From positions 128,588,001 through 128,652,000 of the forward strand of contig JANJGN010000001.1 in the NCBI GenBank assembly GCA_026770705.1: DNA of 64,000 nt, given 5' to 3'. The stretch is from Isurus oxyrinchus (taxonomy: Eukaryota). The notes under the pieces are model-generated. The model saw only the letters and a list, made by a program, of their open reading frames with translations. It was not told where the DNA came from and did not search any database. The stretch's first letter is position 1; every line of letters starts with the position of its first letter. Below are positions 1-12,526 of the stretch, piece by piece. The translations under genes were made by a program, and so were the position numbers.

Positions 1-194
1 TGGGGAAAGCTTGGGGGGAATAGGATTTAAAAGCTGTATGGCCTCCTTCTGTGCTGCAGCCGTTTTATGATTCTTCGATGTGAGACCTTAAATATTCGGG
101 GAACAATAAGACTTTGGCTATAGCAGACAGTTGATGATGATTGGACATCTGGCTTACACACATTTAATTTCCCGAAAGGGATATTGGGCATTAA

Positions 195-228
195 ATATTA
201 TAATATATATACACACATACATATATGT

Positions 229-264
<36 letters not shown>

Positions 265-265
265 T
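195..265. repeat. (AT)n/(AC)n microsatellite
   Basis: Directly visible. Confidence 0.9.
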
Positions 266-569
266 ATTATATCACCCATTGTCTGCTATTGTCCAAGACC
301 AATTTCACCTCCTTAGGATTACTGATGGATTAAATGAGAACCAAATAATTTGTGGATTATATTCAGAGAAGGATATGGGAATAATCCTTTCTCCTCCCAA
401 GTGTACAGCCGCATAGAGAAGGCAGTGAAATTATTGTTGACTGGTTGTTCTGAAATACACTATTCACTTATACATCCAGCTAGCATGAAGAAATGATTGG
501 AGGGTGAAACACTATGCCCTTCTATACTGCTAATATCAAACCGATGAACTTCATCATTAATACATTCGA

Positions 570-1240
570 ACAGAGGGACAGGAGAAGGCCGTTAAGCCCC
601 TTGAGTCCCCATTCATTTCAGTCGTCATTTTTTTTATTCATTCATGAGATGTGCCAGCATTTATTGCTCATCCCTAATTGTCCTTGAGAAGTTGCTGGTG
701 GTGAGCTGCCTCCTTGAACCACTGCAGTCCATATGGTGTAGGTGTGCCCACAGTGCTGTTCCCCATTCACTTCAGTCATGGCTGACCGGTGACTCAGCTC
801 CATTTTCCTGCCCTTGCTCCCTATCCCTTGACACCTTTACCCTAAATATTCCATCGCAGTCCTAAAAGCTCTCTTTGTTCTGAAATCTCCAACATTTTTT
901 TGGGAGGACGGAGGGGGTGGGGCGGAGGGCGGATGGAGGCGGAGGTGCGGTTAAGGTGGGTGAGGAGAGAGATTTTGAGATTTCTAGTATCTTTAGCATT
1001 AAGAGGTGCTTCCTGCTTTCACTCTGAATGGCCTGGCTTCAATATGAAGATGATATCCTCTTTTCTTGGAATCCCCCAGCAGAGGAAATCAGTCTGCTGT
1101 ATCTGCTCTAGCAAACCATGTTAATATTTTAAACACCTCGATCAGATCACCAGTCAACCTTCTATACTCAAGAGAGTACAAGTCATGTTTATGCAACCTG
1201 TCCTCATAATGTAACCTTTGAAGCCCAATGTCCCAGTCAG
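570..1240 (-). mobile_element. Degraded CR1 LINE fragment with a nested SINE piece (630-760) and a G-rich insert
   Basis: Minus strand translates as LYSLEYRRLTGDLIEVFKIL. Confidence 0.7.
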
Positions 1241-1301
1241 TGCTGAAGATAGTTTCCACAATAATCATTTCTAATACATCCCAGAGCACTAATTTTATAA
1301 T

Positions 1302-2167
1302 GGGCTGGATTTAAATCCACTGGGGTCCTGGTGCCCCCACTGAAAAAGTCAAGGGTGAGCCTGCCCCCACCAACTCCCTCCACTGCGTTGCCCCACAGCC
1401 AATTAATGGCCATCGGGCTGCTATTTGGTTTTAAGCGAGACTTCTTTCCCACCCCCCCCACCCCCACCACCTACAGCCCCAATCTGGGGAGGAAGTCCTG
1501 CCTCCAAGAGCTGCCCAGCCAATCAAATGGCCAACCTTGCTCTCGTCCCAGCAGTGCCACGGGAAACAGTGGCCACTGTTACGACTGCATCCAGTTCCCA
1601 ATGGAGGGGCCATGGAGCTGGAGTTAAAGGTAAGCTGGGGGAGGAGGTTTTGGAGGAGTCAAGCTAGCAGGCCCAAGTGAGGGAGCTGGGAGGGGGCTTG
1701 GGGTTGGGGGTGGGGGCGCTGGGGGTTGCTGGGGGGACAGGGTGGACAGTGCAGGGGTTGAAGGGGAAAGGTAAGGGAGTGGGAAGACTTTGGGCAGAGT
1801 CTCCAACAGCCTCAGGTGGACTGGTTAAGGAGGAACACCTCCAGCCCACACAGCCCACACAGTGAAAGCTACCATCTTGGATGTTTGGCGTGGGCTTCTC
1901 CTACTGTTGGTTAAATCCCAGCAGCAGGATGAGGCCCTAAGTGGCCATTAATTGGCCACTTAAGGGCCTGAATTGGCCCATGGTTGGGGGAGGCTCTTGA
2001 CACCTCCCTCACCTTCCACCCCACCCCTGCCTGCTGGTAAATAACAGGCAGGGGCAACAGCAGGTGTATAGGCAGCAGGCACAGTACCCATGGCATGGCA
2101 GCCAATTTTACAGGCCCCCCCCCCATACATGCCAACCAATCCCAATGCGGCTTATAGAACCTAGCCC
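1302..2167. mobile_element. GC-rich non-autonomous TIR element (Harbinger/MITE-like)
   Basis: Ends gggctggattt...gaacctagccc, flanked by a 3-bp AAT/AAT duplication. Confidence 0.6.
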
Positions 2168-2619
2168 AATGAAACTAAATGTGAATTTATCGTCTGTGTA
2201 AAGGAACTGACCAAATTTTATTTGAGTAAATGAGTATCCCTCAGGAACAGTGCAAATCTGAACGATAGAGTTTCTTTAGTTAGCCATTAGAGAGCAGCAG
2301 AATGGACTGAGAGATGAATGGAAAACTGCTCTATGAAGTTCCTATTTTCTTGCACATTAAAAGAAACAATCATTCCAGTGATGCTGCAGGAAGGGGCCAA
2401 TTTCAGGTTAGGGAAGCTGTTTTGAAAGTGTTTGCCTTGAAAGAATCGTAATCTTGAAATTGATGGTTTTACGCATTCGAATTTTGTTTTCTTGGTTCCA
2501 ACTGAACCGTCTCATTATTAAGGGTTGAGAACTCCCTGATGTGATGTCCTGACTTTGAGTCTCGGTGTCAGTTTGAGGTAGCACACTCACCGGTGGGTCA
2601 AATGGCTTATGTGGTCAAG

Positions 2620-3010
2620 ACCAACTTCATGACTTGAGCATAGGCTAACACTCTAGTGCACTGAGGGAGGGCTGCACCTTTGGGGGTGCTGTCTTTTGGA
2701 TCAGATATTAAGCCAAGGCTGCAAATGTCCTCTCAGGTGGGCATAAACGAGACCACAGAACTATTCTGAAGAACAGCATGGGACATTTCCCTGGCCAATA
2801 TTTATCCATCAATCGCCATTACACACACACACACGAAAATCTGGTCAGTATCACACTGCTGCTTGTGGGATCTTGCTGTGTGCAAATTGCCTGCCATGTC
2901 CCCTACACGACAACAGTGATGACGCTTCGAAAAGTACTTCATTGGGTGTAAAGTGCTTCGGGACATCCTGTGTTCACAAAAGTCTCTACTATATGAATGC
3001 AAATCTCGCT
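2620..3010 (+). mobile_element. Deu-domain SINE
   Basis: Colinear with 58280-58670. Confidence 0.7.
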
Positions 3011-3114
3011 TTCTCGTCAAATAAGATGCCAGGATTGTGATGCAAACTATTTTGTGCATTTTACAAAGCTAAGAAAATTAGCGAAACACAAAGGCTTCCT
3101 GCAAGATGAGTTTA

Positions 3115-3160
3115 GATAAAGAAACACATCATGTCTGTGTCTGATATGAAATGGTTTAAT
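3115..3160 (-). terminator. Candidate distal polyadenylation signal ATTAAA with downstream GU-rich element
   Basis: Minus strand reads acATTAAAccatttcatatcagacacagacatgatGTGTTTCTTT. SINE repeats resume just beyond it (below ~3010). Confidence 0.5.
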
Positions 3161-6100
3161 GTTTTCTTTTTTTAAAAAAAAAGTAACTTCACAAATGAAA
3201 ATCATAATGGAATATTTGAACTTGTGTTAAGTACATTCTTGCTCCTGGTCCACTGATTGCCGATGCAGCCTCCAGCTGAAGCTAGATATAACTTGCAGTT
3301 TTTTTTTCAATGTTGTTTAAAGAAAGCCACATCAAGATTAAAAATGAAAATGCATCAAGATGTTTTTTTGCAATTTGCATATACTGGATTTGCAGCATCT
3401 AACAATTAGATGCAGATTATATTCTTTTCACAAGAAAGATATAGATAGCCTTTATACTTGACAATAAATTATTTTTTATACTTTTTTAATTTTTTTAAAA
3501 AAACAAAAAATTCAGGAAAAAAATGAAACATAGAACATATATTTTTCAGAGGTTATTTTACAAACAACATGAAACTAAATTCACTGAATGTCAGAAAGCT
3601 GTGATATAAATAATAAAAGTACTGCCATGATATTCACAGAGCGACATTGGAGAGTTTTCACAGGAACGCTCATTAATAATAACAGTTACAAGACAAATAA
3701 AGATCGCCAATACCGAAGCAAGTTTGCTTTGGTTCCGTACATAGCTCTATCTCTCTCTCTCCCCACACTCGCACAAAAAATCAAAGTAAAGGAGAACCAA
3801 AAAAAAAATGCAGACAAATTGATGCGAACATGAAGCATTGTTTGAATGCAAAGTCTCACCTTACTCTTGTAACATAGCTGCAGCAGGTTTATGATTTGTA
3901 AACCAATCTGTCGCAAAAGACCAATCAACAATAATAAGATGCAATTGGATCAGAATACATTTTCTTTCTATATAAGTCTGCTCCCATTTCCCACCCACTC
4001 CCCACTCCCCCCACCCCCCCACCCAACCTCCCCCCCCCCCACCCCCCCAATACCCTGCAACCTTTTATATTTCCCTCACTGCTTTTTGTTCTAAGTCAGA
4101 TCGAGTGATTGTTTTAAAGGGGCCTTTTACCCTGTCTAACTCAAAACGGTCTGTCTGTTTAAACACCACCTGTTTAAAACAGTCTGTCCACAGTATCAGC
4201 ACTTTTATATGTCCTGGTGCCCTAACTGAAAATATCACTGTGCGGTATGTGTGCCTCTAAATAATATAGAATGTAACTAACCAGTAGATACAATATTTTA
4301 AGGATATTATGTTTTCTTTAAATAAGTAAATCAGTTATTAAGAAATATTAGAATACTGCTGAAAACTGTAGGGGTGTAGTCAAAAGGTGTAAACAGTGTT
4401 TGTCTGAACCACCAGCTGATTACTGCTCATTGTTTACATCTCATGCACATTTAAAAAGGACAATTATAACGTCACATGCATGTTTTCCTGGTAGATTAGG
4501 ACATATACCATGCTCATTGTATGCCGTTACAGTTAATACTTATGGCAATCATTTATACCTCAGTGGTGCTTCAACATTAGCAGATTGCAAACAGCGTAAA
4601 CGTGTGATGAGAAGCACCTCAACAAAACTGTCAACTAATTTCACAGCAGACTGTCGCACCCCACCCCAGCCCCCCAAAAAAACGGTATTTGAATGTACCC
4701 CTACTGTTTTCAGTTTGTGTAACCTGTTGCCTGTGTAGGACCTCAAAGGGGAAAAGTCTGTTTCATAATGTCAGCTAAGAAAGGAAGAGAATGGATTCAG
4801 CAATGAAAGAAATTAAAATCATTTTCATCTCTCCGGAAGCTGTTGGAACTCTTGCTCGACTGGGACGGTCAGTTTCCTGTTAAGTGCTGGGCATTTTGTT
4901 TGCCCAGTTTGGGGTTTAGGACAAATTGGAAATGAGAGAATCAGATTCCTTATATCAATTGTCCATTTTAACCAATTTCTGACACCTCTTTCCTCAGTGT
5001 AACCCCCCCCTCAAGAACCAAATAATCTCTGCCGCTTGCAAAATGCATCAAATATGTCATCAGCTGAAGTTTCAAAAGGTTTTTTTTTATCACCCTTGAT
5101 GTGATCAGATTTATTAGAAGTGGGGATCAGGAATGAAAAGAATGTTTAGTTCTACCAGATGCTTGAAATAGCTGTCAGATATGTCCACCCTGCTCATTAC
5201 AAAACTGCAGAAATTCCATCGGAGTCACAAGAGAGTTGTTAACATTGCACAATCCTTCTGTATTATTAACATGCACACACAATGATGTAAAAAGACACAG
5301 CATTCAAAGTAATGAAAACACAGGGTTGACAACCTGAAGTGAGAAGACACTTGAAGTTTCTGACACATCACTGTTGTAGTGACAGAATGAACTAGCGCTG
5401 ATTATAAACATTCTATCGCAATTTTGAATAATTCAAATTTTCGGCATGTTCAAAGAACCGGTTTGATCACTTTTGACAGCCATATGACCCTCTGGGTTTC
5501 CTTGATTTTAACAGTAGAACTTACGATGTCTTAAAAAGCAGAGGGTTAGGATTGAGAGTTCAGATGGCACTCAGCTTTTTTTTATTGCGAAAGAGGAACT
5601 GAAATTGTTGCAGCTACATTGATTGGATTGATAATGAAGTACACGATTAAACAGAAAAAAAAGTTTATTTGAAAGAGGCTTTAAATGCGTCTGTTTCACA
5701 AACACAGGAAGATATCAGAAACTTTGTCCTTTTGCTGAATGCAGGTTCAATGCTGTGTATTTTGAATATGTATGGACTGTAATCTGCATCTCCAACAGTT
5801 TTAATTGTTGTCACCCCAAAGGATTGATGCTGCCGCATCCCATCATCATTTCAATACCTGTGTCAGTTCAATGAAAGTAAAAGTTATATGACACAGAAGC
5901 CTGCTTTCACCGCAGCTGATGCCACTAATTAAGATGATGGCAACAAGAATGTATAACAGGCTGTTCCAAATTGTCAGAAACCATTACAGGATCCCAACAG
6001 AATCCTTCCATCAAAGGTTCTCGGCCTCCTCCGGTCTGCCTGCCATCAGCCAGTATCCTATGTCCTGTGATTTGCAAAGGAAAGACACTGAGTCAAGGCG

Positions 6101-7127
6101 AGTGACTCCCTCACCTTTCCTTACCAAGACCTACCAATTTAGTTCCAAGCAGTGACTCCTCCAACTGTGTAGCTGAAAATTGACCCAAAACTCCTCCAAG
6201 TGAGGCAGAAAGATGCAGATGGGAGCTATACTGAGTCTAATGCCTGATGCCTGGTTCCAAGGGGGAACACAATGTTGGTTTCTCAAAGAGGTTGTAGTAT
6301 TTACAGGGTACAAAATGGCCCTACAAAAATGCCAAGAGAACTGATATTGCTCTTTTAAAGCAAACAGTTTCATTGAACTAATTTGACCAAACTCAGTGAA
6401 TAACCTTACTGTTCAAACACCCATATGTAAAACACACCCTTTCGAAGCATCCTGAGAAAGCTTCACCTTCAAAATCAGCTAATCATGAAGTAGTAACGTG
6501 CTTGTTACTGATTTTCTTGATAACAGCGCTCACAGATTCCAGTGTCCCTCGTGTTAAGCCCTACTTTTGGTCTCTTTTTATAGGAAGATTTGTTTAATCT
6601 TATAAACCATCAGGTCCCATCAGAAGCCACAGCAGTGAAACATTACTGAACAAGCAGATCAAAGTGATACACCTCCTTCATTCCCACATGCGTGTGGGTT
6701 TCTTTTTCCCACCTCCTGTTGTCGACAATGGACTCGGAACTCTGCCGGAATCCAAACTCCATCCCCCAGGAAAAATACCCTAATTTCTTGGACATTCTAA
6801 AGGAAATTCTTTTTCTTATCAGAAGGTTTGGTAGCAGGTACCACGGCAACCGATGTACTAACTCCGTTTTCAGCATAAAGTAACATAAAGGCACCATTGA
6901 TATCTTTCTGTGTTGAAATACTGTAAAAACGCTACATATGGCACATTAGTATTGTGAATGCTAACATTTTTTTTTACATATATATATTTAAATCTATAAA
7001 AACTTGTAGACTTTCTACTAGCTGCAAGGTTCTTCTGCTAAAATAAAATAAAATGTTTAATTTAAAGTAAAGTATCCGGAGTACTTCATTATATAAAATA
7101 AAGTTTTACTGGTGCATCTATGTGTTT
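3130..7127 (-). other. NRG1: Probable long NRG1 3'UTR (~4 kb)
   Basis: AU-rich and free of recognisable transposons, unlike both flanks. Ends near ATTAAA (3155-3160) followed by a GU/U-rich element. Confidence 0.6.
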
Positions 7128-7767
7128 TTAGACAGCAATTGGGTCCTGATTAGCAATTACATTGGACAGCCTGACTTGCAACTCTTCCTGTGTCGAGTAC
7201 CTATTGGTGGAGTTAGTCCTGTTTTCAGCCAATCGGTATGCAGGGGCTGATTCTACACTCGTTGCCATGGGGTTCTGTATGCTCAGAAAGGGTGTCTCTT
7301 CCCCTATTCGTTCATCTTCAGTTTCACTGTCAGAGCTACTGCTCTCCGAGCTTGGATTACCCTCGCTCTCCATTCTGTGTGAAATGTGGCCATTAGCCTT
7401 TGTTCTTTTCCCTCTCCTGTTGCTGGTCCCTTTCTTGGGGGACTCGAGCGTTGGCTCATACTCTTGCGTGGTCTCATATTCATCGTCCTCGACCACCCTT
7501 AGCGGGCTGGCCGGGATGCTGCCACTGTCCTTGGCGGAGTTGCGGTACTGCTTGTAAGGGTCTTGCCTCTTCTCCCGCTGTCGAGGTGGGGTCACCAGAA
7601 GCAGAGGCCTCTCCTCCTCGATTAAAGGGCTTATGGCCACTGATGGCATGGATATAGTCAGGCTAGAGACTGGCGGCGACACCTCTGAATCAGGCGACTT
7701 TGGGGACATTGGGGTTCTGAAGTCCACTGGCGACATTCTGGCTGGAGTGGTCATGGCAGAGACGAAC
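7128..7767 (-). CDS. NRG1: NRG1 a-tail terminal coding exon: (R)FVSAMTTPARMSPVDF...YETTQEYEP...RLSNVIANQDPIAV*
   Basis: ORF-track 208-aa ORF extended to acceptor ttacag. The C-terminus ANQDPIAV is diagnostic of the NRG1 a-tail. Confidence 0.98.
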
Positions 7768-7897
7768 CTGTAATGTAATTAACAGCACCAATGAGGGTGA
7801 CAGCAAAAAAAAAGACATTCCTTCACAGATAGAGTCCACTGTTCCTTTACAGGAGATAAGATCCATTCTAGTGGTGAACATAAGACATACAGTCAAA

Positions 7898-8340
7898 GGC
7901 CTGAATTTTCATGGAGTTGCAGAGCCATTTAAAGAAGCAGCCAGGACCTGATTCTGGGTTTGCCACCCCCATTCCTGGCGCCCCCAATTTTTGCTGGCAG
8001 GGTGGGAGGGGTGGCCGTGGGGGAAGAGAGTTCCTGCACCCTGCTCCCCCAACCTGGCTGGCTCCATTGCAGGAGTAGGCATCTGCTAGCTCCCCACAAT
8101 TTTGACAGAGTGGGACCAGCTTCTACATGACTCATGGTTCATGGCTCCTCAGAGTGGAGTCGTGAACCATAGTCTGGATTCGGGAACCTTTTGAAAGGAA
8201 TGTTTAAAAAGTCTTACCCGTGACCCCCATGCCCCTTCCATGTCTCCCATGCATCCTCCATTCCAAATCATGCCAAGCCATGCCCCCCACCCACCTCCCA
8301 TATCACCTTATAGGCCCCATGCCAATGCATACATGAAATT
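7898..8340. mobile_element. Truncated GC-rich TIR element
   Basis: Starts ggcctgaattttc like the 11886 element. No clear second TIR. Confidence 0.4.
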
Positions 8341-8913
8341 GCTCAGGAAAGAAACAAATCTTCCTTTGAAAAACAAAACTTCTGCTCTTACAACTGTATA
8401 AAAGTGTCAGTCAGACAAAACATTAAAGTATCAATAACAGGCTTCAAACAGTTCACACCGCTTAATCTCGAGCAAATGAACATTTGGACTTTAACAAAAG
8501 AGATCACAGAGTTGGATTATTATAACCACTTAAAGTAGGCAATCAAACAACAACAGTTCTCTCCAGTTGTCAAACCAGTATCCCCTAGTGAGATAATGCT
8601 TTTATGAGTCTGGGTTCTCAACTTAGCACACATAATAAGGAGTGGTGTAAGAACTGGATGGTTCTCTCCTCAAAACTCCCCTCAATCTTTTTTAATCCAA
8701 GGAGAATAAGCTTTTCCAAGCTTTTCCCAACCTAACCTTGTAGATAACATCCTTCATCCTTGGAACCATTCGAGTTATCTCCTCCGCACCCTCTTAAAGT
8801 CACTCACATCCTTCCTAAAATCCAAATTGTTGGATCAGAAATCAAGCCTTCAGTTAGTTCTTTCTTGATCAGTTAACAGCTTTTGGGAATGAGTGGCACT
8901 GCAAGTTGGCTTA

Positions 8914-9013
8914 TCATCCTTTTGAATTTGGGTTCACTGGTGCATCCATGTTTCCTTGGACAGCAATTGAATCCTGATTAGCAACAACATTGGTCAACTT
9001 AGGAGAGGTTTTT
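8914..9013 (-). CDS. NRG1: Candidate alternative terminal (b-position) exon: (R)KTSPKLTNVVANQDSIAVQGNMDAPVNPNSKG*
   Basis: Acceptor ctgtctcatctgttcttacag is in the correct phase (2) for the 9672 donor. 32 codons follow, then TGA TAA. Paralogous to the a-tail C-terminus. Confidence 0.6.
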
Positions 9014-9264
9014 CTGTAAGAACAGATGAGACAGCTCAGACTGTGTTCAAACGGAATGAAAGCCTTTGCAACTCATTTCATGATTATGGAGTGAATTTTC
9101 AGTCCAATTTCTGATATGTGCAACAGATCTTTAATTTAGTGCCTCATAATTGAACTCAGAGAGGTCAGAGGGCTTGCTAGTGTGAAACGTGTTACACTGG
9201 GCTTTGTGCTCTTCTGAGATTGCAGAAGAGTACATGGAGAATTTGGGTGCAATTATATCTCTCA

Positions 9265-9430
9265 CATATACCCAAGGGACAGTTGAACATCTCATCCAGA
9301 AAACAGCACCTCCTTCAGCAATGCACTGAAGAAGTGTCAGCCTGGAAAATGAGTACAAACCTCTGGAATAATGCTTCAACCCACGATCTGTGACTTAGAG
9401 ACAAGTGACCTACCAACTGAGCCAAGGCTA
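9265..9430 (-). mobile_element. Deu-domain SINE 5' fragment
   Basis: catctcatccagaaaacagcacctcc...ccaactgagccaaggct. Confidence 0.55.
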
Positions 9431-9449
9431 GCACATCTCAGAACTGCAC

Positions 9450-9645
9450 AGGTTACAGCCGTGCCCTAAGTTCCCACAGTTACAGTCAGACCTCTGCCTG
9501 CAGTCAGGGCTATGACCTCACTCCCTACAGTCTAAGCTGTGCCCTCCGTTTCTCTTTACAGTCAAACTTCTCCTTACAGTCAAAGCTTTGCCCTCTGTTC
9601 CCGTTACACCTGTGCATTCAGTTCCTATAGCTACAGTAAACTCTA
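9450..9645. repeat. Degenerate tandem repeat with recurrent tacagtca / gtgccct units
   Basis: About 8 recurrences of (t)acagt at 18-30 nt spacing. Confidence 0.55.
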
Positions 9646-9671
9646 TGTATATAAATAGCCGCAGGCCCTAC

Positions 9672-9875
9672 CTTTCACTATGCGGTGAATCTCGGAGAGA
9701 GTCCGGAGTGTCTCTTGAGTTCCTCACACAGATAAGCATCTCTCGCCGACCTGCCACACCATTGAGTCGACCTCGGTGATTGATTGGACTGGTGTGCCTG
9801 CTGGTTTCTATTGATGACGTTACAAGCACAGAAGGGCTATCTGAGATGACACTTTCTGTTTGGCCTGTACTCCAA
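9672..9875 (-). CDS. NRG1: NRG1 cytoplasmic exon 3: WSTGQTESVISDSPSVLVTSSIETSRHTSPINHRGRLNG...DSLRDSPHSE(R)
   Basis: 204 nt, acceptor gaccacag, donor gtaggg. Ends in the conserved RDSPHSER. Confidence 0.96.
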
Positions 9876-10074
9876 CTGTGGTCAACACAAAGAGAAACAT
9901 CTTTAAATCCCTTTGTCAGACTATCCAACATCACACTGCCAACATCATTGTTTGCACAGAGGGAGATCTTCAGCTACTTCCCAGTTGCAATTGGCACCAG
10001 ACATTTATTTTTCAGTGAATAAATGTCCTTATTGAGACAGTGTTGTGCCAGAAGTAAGGGGATTCAGCAATTTT

Positions 10075-10420
10075 TCTTTATTTTTTTCATGGGATGTAGG
10101 TGTCACTGACAAGTCCAGCATTTGTTGCTCAACCCTAATTGCTCTTGAACAGAGTGGCTTGTTAGGCCATTTCAGAGGGCAGTTAGGAATCAACCACATT
10201 GCTGTGGGTCTGGAGTCATATATAGGCCACACCAGATAAGGATGGCAGATTTCCTTCCCCTTAAGGACATTAGTGAACCAGATGGGATTTCTTTTTTTAC
10301 AATTGACTAGATTTATTAATTGAATTTAAATTCCACCAGCTGCCGTGGTGGGATTTGAACCCACTTGAGCCTCTGGGTTACTAGCCCATGGGCATTACCA
10401 CTGTGCCACCATCTCCCCCA
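10075..10420 (-). mobile_element. tRNA-derived shark SINE (family with core ccatctggttcactaatgtcc...ggaaggaaatctg)
   Basis: Homologous to 40095-40490 (-), 17160-17470 (+), 49660-50010 (+) and 14110-14230 (+). Confidence 0.75.
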
Positions 10421-10524
10421 ATTCCTCACTGTGGGTAACAGGAAGTTGTCTCTGTAATGACGCTGCTCACAGAATTGTGTAGTTATGCTCAGTGCAATAG
10501 AATGGGAAGCGAAAAGGAAAACAG

Positions 10525-10920
10525 AAAGGAAAACTTGCATTTATGCAACATCTTAGATGGCCTCAGAACATCCCAAGATGCTTTATACCCAATGAGCTAC
10601 CTTTTGAAGTGCAGTCACTGTTGTAATGATGGAAATTTGGCAGCCAATTTGCACACAATGATGTTGTGTGAGGGATAAAAATTGGCCAGGACCCCCATGA
10701 TTTTTTTAAAATATTGCCATGGGACATTTTTTATGTCCACCTGAGAGGCTAGATGTCTCGTATGAAGGAAGGGGGAAGGTACTTCTAACAATGCAGCATT
10801 CCCTCAGTGCCACATTGGAGCATCGGCCCAGGTTTTACTCAACACTCTGACTTGGGGTTTGAACCCACAACTTTCTGACTTGGAGATTGGATCATTACTC
10901 ATTCAGCCATGGCTGACACT
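10525..10920 (-). mobile_element. Deu-domain SINE
   Basis: Reverse complement colinear with 58215-58670. Confidence 0.65.
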
Positions 10921-11885
10921 ACAGAGCTGATAATGCAATCCTGGCACAGCAATAATGACACTGAAGTGACCTGACATTGTGACACTGTGTGCAGCCTGTT
11001 CATTTACACATTTTACTAGGGCATAGAATATGGTGTACTGGAGCACTGCAGTGCTGGAATGTTAATCAGACAGCAGCCATGCATGTAGAGTGTGCACACT
11101 TCTATGTACCAATCTGCAGGCAGTAGGGGAGTGGGCAGACGACAACAGGGGTACAGAGTGCCCCTTGAAGAATTGACTGTTGAAGTCATCCTGGGAATTG
11201 GGGCTAGTCTTATAATGGGAAAGGAGCAATACATTACACTATAGAGTGACCGTACTTCAAATGCCCACTCAGGGGTGAAGCAGTACCCAGGCACTCTGCT
11301 TTAGTTAAGGGGAGGTTAATACAATTTGCATTACTGAAGGCATTCATTGAGCCTTCTGTGTGCAGCTCACCCACTACTACGTGCCTGCAGTTTGTCAAGC
11401 TGGGATCATGTTGGGTGCATCATGGCTTCAGACCTCTGTGTCGAACAACAAAGAGCCAAATGTAACATGGCACTCCAATAGAGTGTGTAGCACAATCGTC
11501 TAAAAATGGGCTACAATCGATGCCAGGTCACATCATGAAGTGTTGCACGTTAAAGAAAGTGACTGGGTTAATTTCATATTCACCCCTGAACCATTCTTCC
11601 CCTCCTTGGCCCGTTGGCAGATGAAATTAAAGCATGAAGTAGCGTCTTCAATGGAAGTGAAAATGGGGAAAGTTGGTTATTGGGAGGCCAAGCCAATGTC
11701 ACGTGGCTTGCATTTTTGTCAAAGTTAAAACTCCGTTCAGGGTAACTAAGCATCGCCTTCAAGTGAAGTGGGGTTAGAGGACAGGAACAATTGGATGCAG
11801 ACCCGCATTTTAAACTCACACAGTCCGATCTTATTTTTTGCGTCCTGTTATAAATTTCCGTGCTCACATTTAGAATGGAAATCAC

Positions 11886-12526
11886 GGCCTGAATTTTACC
11901 TTTGGCGGGCGCGCCCGATCGATGGGCCTGGGAGTGGTCAGGAAACGGACCACGATTTCACACTGGCCAGCCAGCGTGAGAGAGGCGCACTGAATCGCTC
12001 AGCGCCGCTGGGGTGGGGGGCGGGAAGAGGGTGGGCGATGACATTTCCGTGGGCGCGGGTGAGCGCTGAGAGAAACCCTCCCCGAAGGCAGACGGCTGCC
12101 TCAGGGAGCTGGAGGATCTGAAAATGCTGAAATAAAAGGTTTTTAAAAGCTGAATAACTGTCCATGCATCACAAACAGCCACCTGAAAATATAGCTGATA
12201 AAAACGCTGCCCCACAGAAATTTGTTTCAATTTTATTTCCATCACGGACGCTTCATCCCCGCCTTGGTTGAGGTTTGATGAAAAATGCAAAGGCCACTCG
12301 CCCGTCCGCCAAACATAAAGTCGGAAGGGCAACGAAAAACCGGAGTCAATTGCGCCGTTAATGGGCTTAACTGTCCTCTTAATCGTCGACGGGCGCGCTT
12401 CCGACTCTTGCGCGCGCCCCGCCCAGCGAAATATCGCTCGAGTGCGTGATGACGCGGGACGCTCGCCCGATTTTACACCCAGTCGGGTTGGACGCCCACC
12501 TGCCCGCGGGGTGTACAATTCTGCCC
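11886..12526 (+). mobile_element. CpG-rich non-autonomous TIR element (Harbinger/MITE-like)
   Basis: TIRs ggcctgaatttta / tacaattctgccc, CAC/CAC target duplication. Reverse-complement homolog at 18033-18657. Confidence 0.75.

Noticed and set aside
7162-7657. Plus-strand ORFs of 131 and 85 aa
   Set aside because: Antisense shadows of the NRG1 terminal exon.
11958-12518. 186-aa minus-strand ORF
   Set aside because: Lies within a GC-rich MITE, has no transposase motifs, and the 18033 copy has no ORF of comparable length.
11886-12526. CpG island / promoter
   Set aside because: The CpG richness is explained by a young transposon with TIRs and a TSD.
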